Below are positions 35,650 through 44,468 of a DNA stretch of 53,864 nt, in pieces. The notes beneath the pieces were generated by a model that had not been told where the DNA came from, did no database searches, and saw only the letters and a list, made by a program, of their open reading frames with translations. Numbering within the stretch: the stretch's first letter is position 1; the number at the start of each line of letters is the position of its first letter. Source of the DNA: Patescibacteria group bacterium (GTDB lineage: Bacteria; Patescibacteriota; Minisyncoccia; Phycocordibacterales; PALSA-1337); NCBI GenBank assembly GCA_018970245.1, contig JAGWWT010000006.1:1-53864 (forward strand), written 5' to 3'. The position numbers and the translations under genes were made by a program.

Positions 35650-36185
35650 GCCGGCGCTTCACACTCGAAGCGTGGGCGATGGGCGTGGCGAACGTCACGG
35701 CCCGGCGGAGCACGTGCCTGCGCCGGGCCGTGGGCTGCGTGCTGCTCAACGAGCGTGGCCACGTCCTCGCCACCGGGTACAACGGTGTGCCGGCGGGGAT
35801 GGAGCACTGTAATGAAGAATTTTTGCGACCGTTCAACCCGAAAGAGGATGCGGGGGATGTGACAAAAGCGTTCCGCCCACTGCCCGATAAAAGTGGGCTC
35901 GGCACTATCACCTTCCCGCATGCCTGTCCTGGGGCCGACGCGCCGAGCGGCACGGCGCTTGACGCTTGCCACGCCGTCCACGCCGAACAGAACGCTCTAC
36001 TGCAATGCCGGGACCCGTGGTCGATCGCCACCTGCGTCGTGACAGCAAGCCCGTGCGTTACCTGCACCAAGTTGCTCTTGAACACCAGTTGTAAGAGGAT
36101 CCTTTTCGGTGAAGACTATCCCCAACCGGAGGCGAAAGCGCTATGGATACAGACAGGAAGGCTGTGGGAACAGTTGCTGGTTTAA
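35646..36185 (+). CDS. dCMP deaminase
   Basis: RSTC.R..VGC, TGYNG, HAEQNA, SPCVTC. Confidence 0.92.
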   Translation: MSRRFTLEAWAMGVANVTARRSTCLRRAVGCVLLNERGHVLATGYNGVPAGMEHCNEEFLRPFNPKEDAGDVTKAFRPLPDKSGLGTITFPHACPGADAPSGTALDACHAVHAEQNALLQCRDPWSIATCVVTASPCVTCTKLLLNTSCKRILFGEDYPQPEAKALWIQTGRLWEQLLV

Positions 36186-36940
36186 AAGACCGGCTTTTGC
36201 GGCTCCGCTACGCGCCAGAGTGGTTTCTACGGGACCGTTTTTGCAGCCTTCCGCCTGCGATGGAGGAGGTACGGGTACTTACCCCGTTATCCCGCCCGCA
36301 AAATCTGCCGGTGATACAGCCATTTCTTTCCAATGTGAAATGGACTGGGATCGTCCGGGAGAGCCAATTGGAACCGGGAGTTTCTAAGCTGAAGGTGCCG
36401 AAAAACTGCGCTCTACATCCTGTGGTGTTGAAAGAGCCCTATGGTGAAGGCATGGATCCGTGCTACCAGAAGGTGGTTGACTATTTCCGTCATATAAGAA
36501 GCGACAACACCGAAGAATGGGTCATGATACTGTGTGATGATTGCCTGCCGGATCCGGTGTTCCTCCGTGATCTCCGGATGGGGCGCTTTCGTGACACCGC
36601 CGTCGTGGTCATTTCAGCGCGTCGCGGTCAGCGCACACCGCTTGGCGCTCGACACCACCATTCGGATTTAGTCGCCCATCCTGACAATATGCGACCAGGG
36701 CGCATTGACATAGGACAATTGGTGATGCGCCGGTGGCTATGGAGAACGGCGTTGTCGTTCAATCTGCTCAACCCATATGTTTACGAATCCGACGGGGTGA
36801 TGGCGGGGTGGATAAAACGCCATTTTTGGCGTTCATCGTCATTGCGTTATGCTCCGGAATATGCCATGTTGTTCAACTATCTGGAACCCGGACGTTGGAA
36901 ACACACGGTGGTCTCGAGTGATGGAGAAAAACATGATTGA
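36143..36940 (+). CDS. GT-A fold (family 2-like) glycosyltransferase
   Basis: VLTPLSRPQNL, ILCDD, IDIGQ, Y.SDG, FNYL; start may be 36260. Confidence 0.7.
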   Translation: MDTDRKAVGTVAGLKDRLLRLRYAPEWFLRDRFCSLPPAMEEVRVLTPLSRPQNLPVIQPFLSNVKWTGIVRESQLEPGVSKLKVPKNCALHPVVLKEPYGEGMDPCYQKVVDYFRHIRSDNTEEWVMILCDDCLPDPVFLRDLRMGRFRDTAVVVISARRGQRTPLGARHHHSDLVAHPDNMRPGRIDIGQLVMRRWLWRTALSFNLLNPYVYESDGVMAGWIKRHFWRSSSLRYAPEYAMLFNYLEPGRWKHTVVSSDGEKHD

Positions 36941-37115
36941 CCAATACGAACTCAACGCTTACCCGAATGTGTTCGCCTTGCTTTTCGCCATGGGTTGGGA
37001 GGAGACAAGGACGGGGTGGAGGCATGAACAGCATGGGGATGGTATTTACTTGTTTGGAGCGGCGCTGGATGCGGCGTGCCAGCGAGTCTTGGAAAAAATA
37101 AAGGATAAATCATGA
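36933..37115 (+). CDS. hypothetical protein
   Basis: GGAG RBS; last gene of the + arm. Confidence 0.6.
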   Translation: MIDQYELNAYPNVFALLFAMGWEETRTGWRHEQHGDGIYLFGAALDAACQRVLEKIKDKS

Positions 37116-37150
37116 GAAAGGGGCCACTGCTCTGAACAGTGGCCCCTTTC
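37116..37150. terminator. hairpin terminator where the two arms converge
   Basis: 14-bp stem GAAAGGGGCCACTG/CAGTGGCCCCTTTC. Confidence 0.75.
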
Positions 37151-37218
37151 CAGCAGCCGAGGGTGTTCCCCCACCCCGGCGCACCTGGCGCTAGTACCCC
37201 ACCAACGCCAGGTAGTCT

Positions 37219-37911
37219 TTACTTGCCCACCCAGAACGGTGTGCCGAAGGTGAACGAGGTCCCGACGACGAGCGCCGGGTAACGCTGCCCCGAGAACATC
37301 CGCCACGCCGGTCCCACAGTGAGCATGGTGTGGGTCGTCGGAAGGGTCACTCCGAGACCCAGCACCAGATCTCCGTACTGCTTGGAGTCCTGCGACTCGA
37401 TGGCACCCCCCACAGACAGGTTCGCCAGTGCGGAGAACGAGGCCGCATCGGTCCCGGAGCCCCACGCGAAATTCACCTCGTCCCCGGCCAGCGCCGATCC
37501 CGTCGACACCAACTGCCCGCCCGCTCCGATGTTCACCGGGGCGGAGCCGAACAACCCGGAATCCGACAGCGCCACTTCCGCCTTCGCACCCGCACCCAGG
37601 GCCAGCAGGCCCACGAACAGAAGCATGGCCGCCTGCTTAGCGGCGGTTAGGGCCTTCGCCGCGGCGAGGGTCTTATTGATGTCCGCGATCACCTCAGGCG
37701 TGGCGGGCTTGCCCACCTGCGCGGCGATGTCCTCGGCCGCCGGCATGATGGTCTCCACGTCCTTCTCCACGGCCGCGAGCTGGGCCTTATGCGCCTGCAC
37801 CCAGCCCCAGGCGATGTCGAGAGTGTGGAACACGCCGGCCAATCCGATCATTCCGGCGACGGTCTTGTAGAACGGGTTGGTGAGCGCCGCTCCAATGGCA
37901 TTCGGATCCAT
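37219..37911 (-). CDS. lysis-cassette membrane protein (TM, coiled coil, internal signal-like segment, beta-strand domain)
   Basis: Start MDPNAIG with GGAGG; architecture read from the translation. Confidence 0.7.
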   Translation of the reverse strand: MDPNAIGAALTNPFYKTVAGMIGLAGVFHTLDIAWGWVQAHKAQLAAVEKDVETIMPAAEDIAAQVGKPATPEVIADINKTLAAAKALTAAKQAAMLLFVGLLALGAGAKAEVALSDSGLFGSAPVNIGAGGQLVSTGSALAGDEVNFAWGSGTDAASFSALANLSVGGAIESQDSKQYGDLVLGLGVTLPTTHTMLTVGPAWRMFSGQRYPALVVGTSFTFGTPFWVGK

Positions 37912-37953
37912 ACGTCCTCCCATCCCGGGAACCGCCGGGTGCGGCCTTGAAAG

Positions 37954-38028
37954 TGGTTGCGGGGGCGGGATTCGAACCCGCAAACTCCGGATTATGAATC
38001 CGGCGCCTCACCGCTCGGCTTCCCCGCG
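37954..38028 (-). tRNA. tRNA-Met(CAT), initiator-like
   Basis: CGCGGGG/CCCCGCA acceptor with C1:A72 mismatch, CCGGA-TTCATAA-TCCGG anticodon arm, GGTTCGAATCC, encoded CCA. Confidence 0.92.
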
Positions 38029-38571
38029 TCACAAGCCTTTACGTAATCTGTTGATCCAACCGTGGAAAAACTCTTGGTCCGTCGCATGCGCATCGACGAC
38101 GGCGAGATAGACCAGCACGCGCTCCCAGTTGAAGGCCGAAACGAGCGCCGGAACCGGCGCGTGCGCGGCGGCCGCCAACGTGGATGGTCCCACGTCACCG
38201 TCCACCGGAACGGAGAACCCGCAGACGTTAAGCGCCCGCTGCAGGCAAAGCGCCGCTTCTTTCAATCCTTGATTCACTGCGCAACCGAAGTAGGTCATCT
38301 GCAGACCTTCCGGCAAGTAGTCAGCTTGGGATGGTGCCCAATACTTGTCGTGGTACCAAGTATTCGCGGCGTCCACCAATGCGGCAGACTTCAACCATTG
38401 GGTGGTGGGGATGTTGGCGGCTTTCAACTGCGCCACGATCACCCATCCAGGCCATGCCGCGTCGTCCTTTTGGTCCAGCCCAAGGACGGTCTCGCCCCCA
38501 GTGTCCCCGGGGTCATTCGATTCCACGCCTTCTGCCTGGTAAAGCGGGGCCACACAGTCCGCAAATCCCAT
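38029..38571 (-). CDS. endolysin, glycoside hydrolase family 108
   Basis: EG..SNDPGD.GGET, Y...YW, VNQG, LQRAL, VDG.VGP.TL, GWINR. Confidence 0.92.
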   Translation of the reverse strand: MGFADCVAPLYQAEGVESNDPGDTGGETVLGLDQKDDAAWPGWVIVAQLKAANIPTTQWLKSAALVDAANTWYHDKYWAPSQADYLPEGLQMTYFGCAVNQGLKEAALCLQRALNVCGFSVPVDGDVGPSTLAAAAHAPVPALVSAFNWERVLVYLAVVDAHATDQEFFHGWINRLRKGL

Positions 38572-38819
38572 CAGCGTTTCGCCAATTCAAGAAGCGCGAG
38601 CACGATCGTGAACACTCCACCAAATGCCCACATGGCACCCTTCCAAAAACCCACCATCTTCTCCATCTCACTGAATTTATTTTCAAGATCCTCGATAAGT
38701 TTTTGGCTGGCAGCTTCTTGGACCGCATGGACTTTATCCATGTGTTCCTGCATCATTTCATGGACCACGATCTTGAGCCGGTCGGTGATCCGACTCAGGT
38801 CATTTTCATCCAAGGCCAC
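38571..38819 (-). CDS. holin-like protein (coiled coil plus C-terminal TM)
   Basis: Directly upstream of the endolysin; C-terminal hydrophobic helix. Confidence 0.6.
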   Translation of the reverse strand: MALDENDLSRITDRLKIVVHEMMQEHMDKVHAVQEAASQKLIEDLENKFSEMEKMVGFWKGAMWAFGGVFTIVLALLELAKR

Positions 38820-38826
38820 GGCGCCC

Positions 38827-38979
38827 TCAATGGAAAATTCGGTGGTAGATGACCCAGAGCAGGAATGCTACCGAGCCGAAGAAATAGGCCGGGAGGACGT
38901 ATTCAGTGATGAAGATGAGTACGGTTTTGAGGAGCATAAACTCCTCGTCTTTCGGAATCTCGCTCGGCTTCGTGGTCAT
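38827..38979 (-). CDS. 50-aa membrane protein
   Basis: Start MTTKPSE with GGAGG; hydrophobic C-half. Confidence 0.55.
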   Translation of the reverse strand: MTTKPSEIPKDEEFMLLKTVLIFITEYVLPAYFFGSVAFLLWVIYHRIFH

Positions 38980-38980
38980 T

Positions 38981-39073
38981 TCAGTCGCCTCCGCAAGGGT
39001 GGATGTGGCAGCTGATGACACCGCCCAACAGTGCGGCGAACGCCACACAAACCAGGAAAAAGAGGAGGGGCAA
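38981..39073 (-). CDS. 30-aa hydrophobic peptide, possible lipoprotein
   Basis: GAGGGGAGGGG RBS, TTG start, MPLLFFLVCVAFAALLGGVISC. Confidence 0.4.
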   Translation of the reverse strand: MPLLFFLVCVAFAALLGGVISCHIHPCGGD

Positions 39074-39102
39074 TAAGTGCCCCTCCCCTCGTCCCTGTCT
39101 CC

Positions 39103-39963
39103 TCACGGCTGGATGCCTGAATAGTAATCGTATTGCGCTTCGATCCCGTACAGGTTGACCACCCCGGATCCGCCCGAAGTCCGAACGATGTCCAGATTCA
39201 GGAAGTCACCCGGCTGGATGGTGTTGCCGATCTGCTGGTTCCACGGCGAAGCGCTCACCGCGGAATTGGTGGGAACCAACACGCGGGAGACGATCTGGGC
39301 CGGCGTATCCTGGAGCGAGGCCCCGATCCCGTAAGGCGCGGTCAGCACATTGGTGGCGGTGCCGATCATGTAGTACAGGCCACCGGGCCAAACGTAGCTG
39401 AATGTCCCGGCCGTCTGGGTCGTCTCGTTGAAATGCTGCCCCGCCACGGAGGCGGTCAGGGTGACGGAATCCCCGATGCTGGCGGCATTCATGACGGCGA
39501 AGAACTTGAGATCCCCCTTGAAGTTCCACGGAACGGTCCAGCCCAGCCGGATTTCGGCCGTTCCCGTGGTCAGCACCGCCACCGTCTGGCTCAGGGCCTG
39601 GGCGAGATAGGCGTTCGGGCCGCCAGGGTCGGCGGTCGTGGTCAGGATGGTCTTGCCGTCGCCGTTGGTCAGTTGGAGCGGGGTGAAATAGACCCTGGCG
39701 CGGTAGTTGTTCTTGAGCTGCTTGGGCGCCGGCGTAAACGTCGGGCTGGGGGTCAACGTTCCGGTCGGCGTCTGGGTAGGGGTGTACGTGGGGAATGCGG
39801 TCTGGACGTAGGTCGCGGTCGCTGCGACCGCCGTCTGGGTGGACTGCACGTTGACGATGGCCTGGGTCAACGTGGCATTGGGCGTGGGAGTAGCGGTAGC
39901 CGCCCAGCCCAGGCGTGGGCCGGCCAGCAGCGCCAGCAGTGAGAGCATGAGCAGCTTCTTCAT
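39103..39963 (-). CDS. signal-peptide, Thr/Pro-rich protein at the tailspike position
   Basis: MKKLLMLSLLALLAGPRLGWA|ATATPTP; GGAGG RBS; beta-rich C-domain. Confidence 0.82.
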   Translation of the reverse strand: MKKLLMLSLLALLAGPRLGWAATATPTPNATLTQAIVNVQSTQTAVAATATYVQTAFPTYTPTQTPTGTLTPSPTFTPAPKQLKNNYRARVYFTPLQLTNGDGKTILTTTADPGGPNAYLAQALSQTVAVLTTGTAEIRLGWTVPWNFKGDLKFFAVMNAASIGDSVTLTASVAGQHFNETTQTAGTFSYVWPGGLYYMIGTATNVLTAPYGIGASLQDTPAQIVSRVLVPTNSAVSASPWNQQIGNTIQPGDFLNLDIVRTSGGSGVVNLYGIEAQYDYYSGIQP

Positions 39964-40018
39964 GACGTTCCTCCTAGGTAGTGGACACACCGTCCACAAA
40001 CGGGATATATTTTCCTCT

Positions 40019-40180
40019 GTGGAGACCACAAAGGAAACACTTTTTTGCTTGTTACTCGCCTTCGTCGCGTCTTGCGACGACCGTCTCACCGGCTTTCTTC
40101 AACACTTGTTCATGTTCTTGCTTGTCGTGTTCATCTTCACTAGCATCGCATTGGTCGTCAGGGTCACGAAATCACTTTGA
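40019..40180 (+). CDS. 53-aa counter-oriented membrane protein (superinfection-exclusion candidate)
   Basis: Two hydrophobic segments; own promoter-like sequence; converges on the gp16-like gene. Confidence 0.5.
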   Translation: METTKETLFCLLLAFVASCDDRLTGFLQHLFMFLLVVFIFTSIALVVRVTKSL

Positions 40181-42580
40181 TCGCCGTCCAGACTTAGCAC
40201 GTTCTGCCTCGGCCAAACGATGTTGCCAAGCCATATTCGCAGTTTCACGTGTCGCTTTTTCCTCCGGTGTTTCTGAAGGGGGTTGACGATTACGTGCTTC
40301 TTTGAATTGTTTTTCTAATGCTTCTACGGTTCCAGATGGCACTTTCGGATTGGGCGTTCGTTCCGTTCCGCGTGACCTCCAATTAGGCCCACGGCTCCTT
40401 TCCATGTCAGGGTCTTCGGAATTATCAGGTAGGATAGATCCCTTCTCGCTTTGCAGCACACCTTTCACCCCACGGCCCATTGCCCGGGCGATGAGATCGG
40501 GGACACCAAGTGCCTGTTGGGTGGATTTCAACGGCAGCTCGGGAGTGCCCGGAATGGGCTCCTTAGCCATCTGCGCACCGGCGCGGACCCCTTTCCCCAT
40601 CATCTTGGCCAATGCATTGCCACCGTAGTAGCCTCCCTCCAGCGCGTTCTCACCGATCAGTCCCGCGGCGGCGGCATGGCTTGCGGGACCACCGGTGAGG
40701 GCGTCGAACAAAGCACCGGTGTGCAGCAGATTGGAAGCTGCCCCCGCCGTGCCGGATGGATTGATACGACGAAGATCGTTCAGCTTCGCCAGGTCCATCA
40801 TTTTGGCGGCATTATGCAATCCGGCTTGCATCTCCGGGTCCAATCGCTGGATGACCGGAGCGTAGGTCTGGAGTGCCGTGTTCAATTTCTGCAGACTCAA
40901 AGCACCGCCTTGCTGGGCATCCTGGGCTCCGCTCAAGATGCGATTGACCACACCTTGCTGCACTTGCTTCCACATCTCCGGTGGCATATTCGCTTTCAAC
41001 TTCTGCAGCGACGGGCCACCCGTGGCTGGATTGGAGAGTATCTTACCGAACACATCCTGGTCACGCAGTTCATCGATCTGTCCTGCCTTGACCTTATTCA
41101 TCAAATCGGCGGTATCGGCGTACTTGGCATTCGCCGCTTTCCATTGGTCCATCAACGGCTTGTTGCCGGACGCCGAGAGCGCTTCACTAAGCGCATCATT
41201 GATGTGCCCACGGGCCATGTTTTGCAGACGCTGCATCGCATCGGGCGGAACGTCGAAGTTGGGGATACCGCTGGCATCGAAGTTGCGCCGTTGATTCAAC
41301 AAATCACCTAAAGTCTTGGCGCTCGAGACTTGGCGCGCTGTGTTGTAAAGACCCTGGGCGGTTTGCTGGTCCATCCCCTCGTTCCCGGTCATCGCCTCCG
41401 GGTGCAGTCCACGCTCGTCGATGGGCACTCCGGCCTTGATGAGCATGTTGTAGATACGATTCGCCGCCAGCATTCCGGGTTTAACCGGTAGGTTGGGAGG
41501 CATGGAGCGAAGCGCTTGTTCCGCCTCGGCCATTTGCTGTCCGCGTTGGGCGTTGAAATCGGAAAGCGTCTGGCCGAGCCGTGATCCATAGACTTCCGGA
41601 CGTTCGTTGACCGCCTCCGGCCCGAATATGGATTCGAGGTATTTTTGGATCGCAGCGACGTTTCCGGACTGCACCTTTTCAGGCAGCCATGACAGCAACG
41701 GGTTTGTCGATGTCGCCCGCTCCACCCCACTCGCCATCCCACGCATCAATTTATTTCCGCTCATGGCCGGGGTGGTGGTGCCGCCGAATTTCTCCAGAAG
41801 CTGCTGTGGCGTGGGTGGCGGAGCCTCACCGCCTCGTGGCGTCTCGGCCCCAGCCGCTGTTTTACCGGCCAGCCAGTATGGAAGCGCTTCGATACCAACA
41901 TCCGCCGCTGCACCCGGAATACGTTGGGCGAAATCGAGAGCCGTCCCAAGCCCTTCAATACCGTGCACTTTGCTAGGATAGTTATGTTCGAATTGAGTAT
42001 CTAAAGCGTTCTCAGTTCCCTGTCCTAGCTGGGCTGCCTTTTGCGGTATCCCGGCGGCGTTAAGCGCGGCCGACAGGCCGGCGAATTTAAGCGCCGGGAG
42101 GACACCGCCGGTCTCGATGCCGGCCGCGATGTCGGCCGCTGTCAGGCCCACATCGCCTAGCGCTTGGGGCGCACCGCCGGGGTAAGCCTGTCCTCCGGTG
42201 ACCTTCCGTAGACCTGCTTCAGCGAAAGGAACGCCTTGCATCAAACCTTGAGCTCCACGCTGGGCCATAGCGCTCGGCGCGTAAGACACACTGCCATCCG
42301 CTTGGGATGTGGCTCCGGTACCGGGCGCCGGCGCGCCTCCACCCATCGGCATACCCCCACCGCTCGGCGCTCCACCACCTTGCGGTTGGCCACCACTCTG
42401 GGCATAATTCATGAATTGCTTGTAAACCGCCGCTTGCATTTGCGGATCCTGCAGGCGTGGATCAGCCGGCACCACAACATCCCGGAAATATTGCTGCTGG
42501 GCCTGTTGCTGCATGTCCGGACTGAGTTTCTTATATTGGTCACTCGAAGCGACCTGGCTCCAGGGGAGCGTAGGCATCAC
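40172..42580 (-). CDS. large DNA ejection protein (P22 gp16-like)
   Basis: N-terminal W..V..S.QY..L....Q.QAQ.QYF..VV.P resembles P22-like ejection proteins; helical, Ala/Gly/Gln-rich; last of three. Confidence 0.75.
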   Translation of the reverse strand: MMPTLPWSQVASSDQYKKLSPDMQQQAQQQYFRDVVVPADPRLQDPQMQAAVYKQFMNYAQSGGQPQGGGAPSGGGMPMGGGAPAPGTGATSQADGSVSYAPSAMAQRGAQGLMQGVPFAEAGLRKVTGGQAYPGGAPQALGDVGLTAADIAAGIETGGVLPALKFAGLSAALNAAGIPQKAAQLGQGTENALDTQFEHNYPSKVHGIEGLGTALDFAQRIPGAAADVGIEALPYWLAGKTAAGAETPRGGEAPPPTPQQLLEKFGGTTTPAMSGNKLMRGMASGVERATSTNPLLSWLPEKVQSGNVAAIQKYLESIFGPEAVNERPEVYGSRLGQTLSDFNAQRGQQMAEAEQALRSMPPNLPVKPGMLAANRIYNMLIKAGVPIDERGLHPEAMTGNEGMDQQTAQGLYNTARQVSSAKTLGDLLNQRRNFDASGIPNFDVPPDAMQRLQNMARGHINDALSEALSASGNKPLMDQWKAANAKYADTADLMNKVKAGQIDELRDQDVFGKILSNPATGGPSLQKLKANMPPEMWKQVQQGVVNRILSGAQDAQQGGALSLQKLNTALQTYAPVIQRLDPEMQAGLHNAAKMMDLAKLNDLRRINPSGTAGAASNLLHTGALFDALTGGPASHAAAAGLIGENALEGGYYGGNALAKMMGKGVRAGAQMAKEPIPGTPELPLKSTQQALGVPDLIARAMGRGVKGVLQSEKGSILPDNSEDPDMERSRGPNWRSRGTERTPNPKVPSGTVEALEKQFKEARNRQPPSETPEEKATRETANMAWQHRLAEAERAKSGRRSK

Positions 42581-43971
42581 TGCCCTCCTTTCTGGTATTG
42601 CGCAGGCACGGCTGGGGCAGCGGGAGCACCCTTCGCGCTACCACCTGTGGGATTCCACAGGAAACTCATATCAGCGATCGGCGCTGCGCCCCCACCCGCC
42701 GGCGTCATCGGTTTGCCCCCACCCGCCGGCGCTTGGCCGGTCCAAAGATGACTGAGATCCGGGGTGTTAGTATTTTGTTCGCTGCCCCCACCACCGCCGA
42801 CTAATTTAGAAAGATCGGGCATAACGTCCGGCATTTTGCCACTAAACATTCCACTGAAATCGAGTGGATGCTTTCCGGTATCCCCGGGAGTGGTGACCCC
42901 CGCCCCAGGAGCGGTGAAATTAAGATCATTCAATTGGCTATTCAACCCCTTTAATGAATTATCCATGTTATTGTAGATATTCTGGTATAGCGGGTAAGTC
43001 CACGATCCGTCCTGGGGTGACTGGAAAGTGTTCTTGAGCCGGGTCATAGGGCCGGAATACACGGGAGCCAACATGGTATCCGAGAAATTCTGCAGCTTGG
43101 ACGCCGCCACGTTCGGAGTATCACTTAAACGTGGATAAGCGAGGACGTTGTTTTGGATGTCCTCTTCGGTCGGCTTCGAATTAGACCCGTTGACCAATTT
43201 GTATTGTTCTTGGCCTAACGACCGCGTTAACGAATCGTAAACCGACGCGATCTTGTTAGGATCGCCACCGATTGTTTGGGCGATCGGGGAGAAATAGCGA
43301 TCCTTCGCCGCATCCTCGTCCAGCAGTTTCTTGAGCACATTGCTGTCGCCCGCTGAACGATAATAAGCATTCAGCAGTGAAATCATGTGACTATAAATCT
43401 GCTGGGCGTTCTGGATGCTATCAAGACGATTCTTCTCGCTAGGTGTCAATGCATCCGTCCACACGCGGGCCATGGAATAGGGAAGATTTCCGTTTTTACC
43501 GGCACCCTTCCCATTACCACCCATCAAAAGTTTCATGAATGAAATGGCGTTAGGATCCGTCAGTTGATGCCCACTAGCATTAGGTGAGACACCGCCAGGG
43601 ACGGATTTACCGGCTAACTTATAGAGGTCTTGGACACTCAATTCATCGGCCGGAACACCGGCTGCGTTGGCGGCGTCCATCGCATCCATCAAAGCTTGTG
43701 CCGTAGTACGGTACTTCGACAGGTCCATCCCGGCCGGGGCTTGGAATCCGGTTATTTTGGCGTAATCCGCCAGTGTAGGTGTGGCTTTAGTGCTGTTATA
43801 TCCGGTCAGCAGACCGTTCAATACGGCGAGCACGTTGCCACCTACCCCACCTCCAGTGGATTCGGAAGCGTAGTTGGGCTCACCGTCATTCGTGCGCCCG
43901 ATACTCCCGCCGCCACCAGCCATAGATTGGAGTTGGCGCATACGGTAAGGAGAAGCGTATTCAAGACCCAT
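42577..43971 (-). CDS. DNA ejection protein (middle)
   Basis: Position and composition. Confidence 0.65.
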   Translation of the reverse strand: MGLEYASPYRMRQLQSMAGGGGSIGRTNDGEPNYASESTGGGVGGNVLAVLNGLLTGYNSTKATPTLADYAKITGFQAPAGMDLSKYRTTAQALMDAMDAANAAGVPADELSVQDLYKLAGKSVPGGVSPNASGHQLTDPNAISFMKLLMGGNGKGAGKNGNLPYSMARVWTDALTPSEKNRLDSIQNAQQIYSHMISLLNAYYRSAGDSNVLKKLLDEDAAKDRYFSPIAQTIGGDPNKIASVYDSLTRSLGQEQYKLVNGSNSKPTEEDIQNNVLAYPRLSDTPNVAASKLQNFSDTMLAPVYSGPMTRLKNTFQSPQDGSWTYPLYQNIYNNMDNSLKGLNSQLNDLNFTAPGAGVTTPGDTGKHPLDFSGMFSGKMPDVMPDLSKLVGGGGGSEQNTNTPDLSHLWTGQAPAGGGKPMTPAGGGAAPIADMSFLWNPTGGSAKGAPAAPAVPAQYQKGGQ

Positions 43972-43979
43972 GGCTCACC

Positions 43980-44468
43980 TCAAGCTGCAGCTGCAGCAGC
44001 CAAAGCCCCAAGCGCCGCGGCGCCACCCATAATCCCGGACCCTCCGTTACCCTGTTGGTTAGTGCTACCACTCATTCCATTCATCATCATCAAACGCAAG
44101 AAGTCTTGGTTGTAGTTGTTCATCGACTGGTTGCTGTAATTCTGCAGGTTGGCTTGGTTGAGCGCGTTCATCGTCGCGCTTTGCTCACCGAATTGCTGCT
44201 GCTGTAACTTAGCAAGCGCTCCGGATTCGGCGCCGGCCGTTTGTCCCGCGATGTTGCCTAATGCGTTGCTGGCCTCGCTGCCACCCAATACACCAGCACG
44301 GGCCAACGCCGCCATCGCGCTGTTGTTGGCCTGTCCTTGCGCTTGGCCACCCTGGTTGTAGACATTCTGGATTTCAGCATTCATCCCCGGCGTTGCCACC
44401 TGGGACGGGTCCGTGTAAAGATTGGGAAGGTTCGGTGAACTGTATCCGCCGGTTCCAGCCATGGTCAT
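43980..44468 (-). CDS. small DNA ejection protein (gp7-like)
   Basis: Gly/Ala/Gln/Asn-rich with hydrophobic GGAAALGALAAAAAA end. Confidence 0.7.
   Translation of the reverse strand: MTMAGTGGYSSPNLPNLYTDPSQVATPGMNAEIQNVYNQGGQAQGQANNSAMAALARAGVLGGSEASNALGNIAGQTAGAESGALAKLQQQQFGEQSATMNALNQANLQNYSNQSMNNYNQDFLRLMMMNGMSGSTNQQGNGGSGIMGGAAALGALAAAAAA

Noticed and set aside
37954-38028. tRNA as an attP/integration site
   Set aside because: No integrase or repressor recognised anywhere in the genome
40052-40174. Stop-codon readthrough of the gp16-like gene (39 further open codons)
   Set aside because: More simply the antisense shadow of the + strand membrane ORF; all other genes read normally in code 11
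40172-42580. N4-like virion RNA polymerase, suggested by the hairpins and N4-type capsid
   Set aside because: The protein is far too small and lacks RNAP motifs; promoters look sigma70-type
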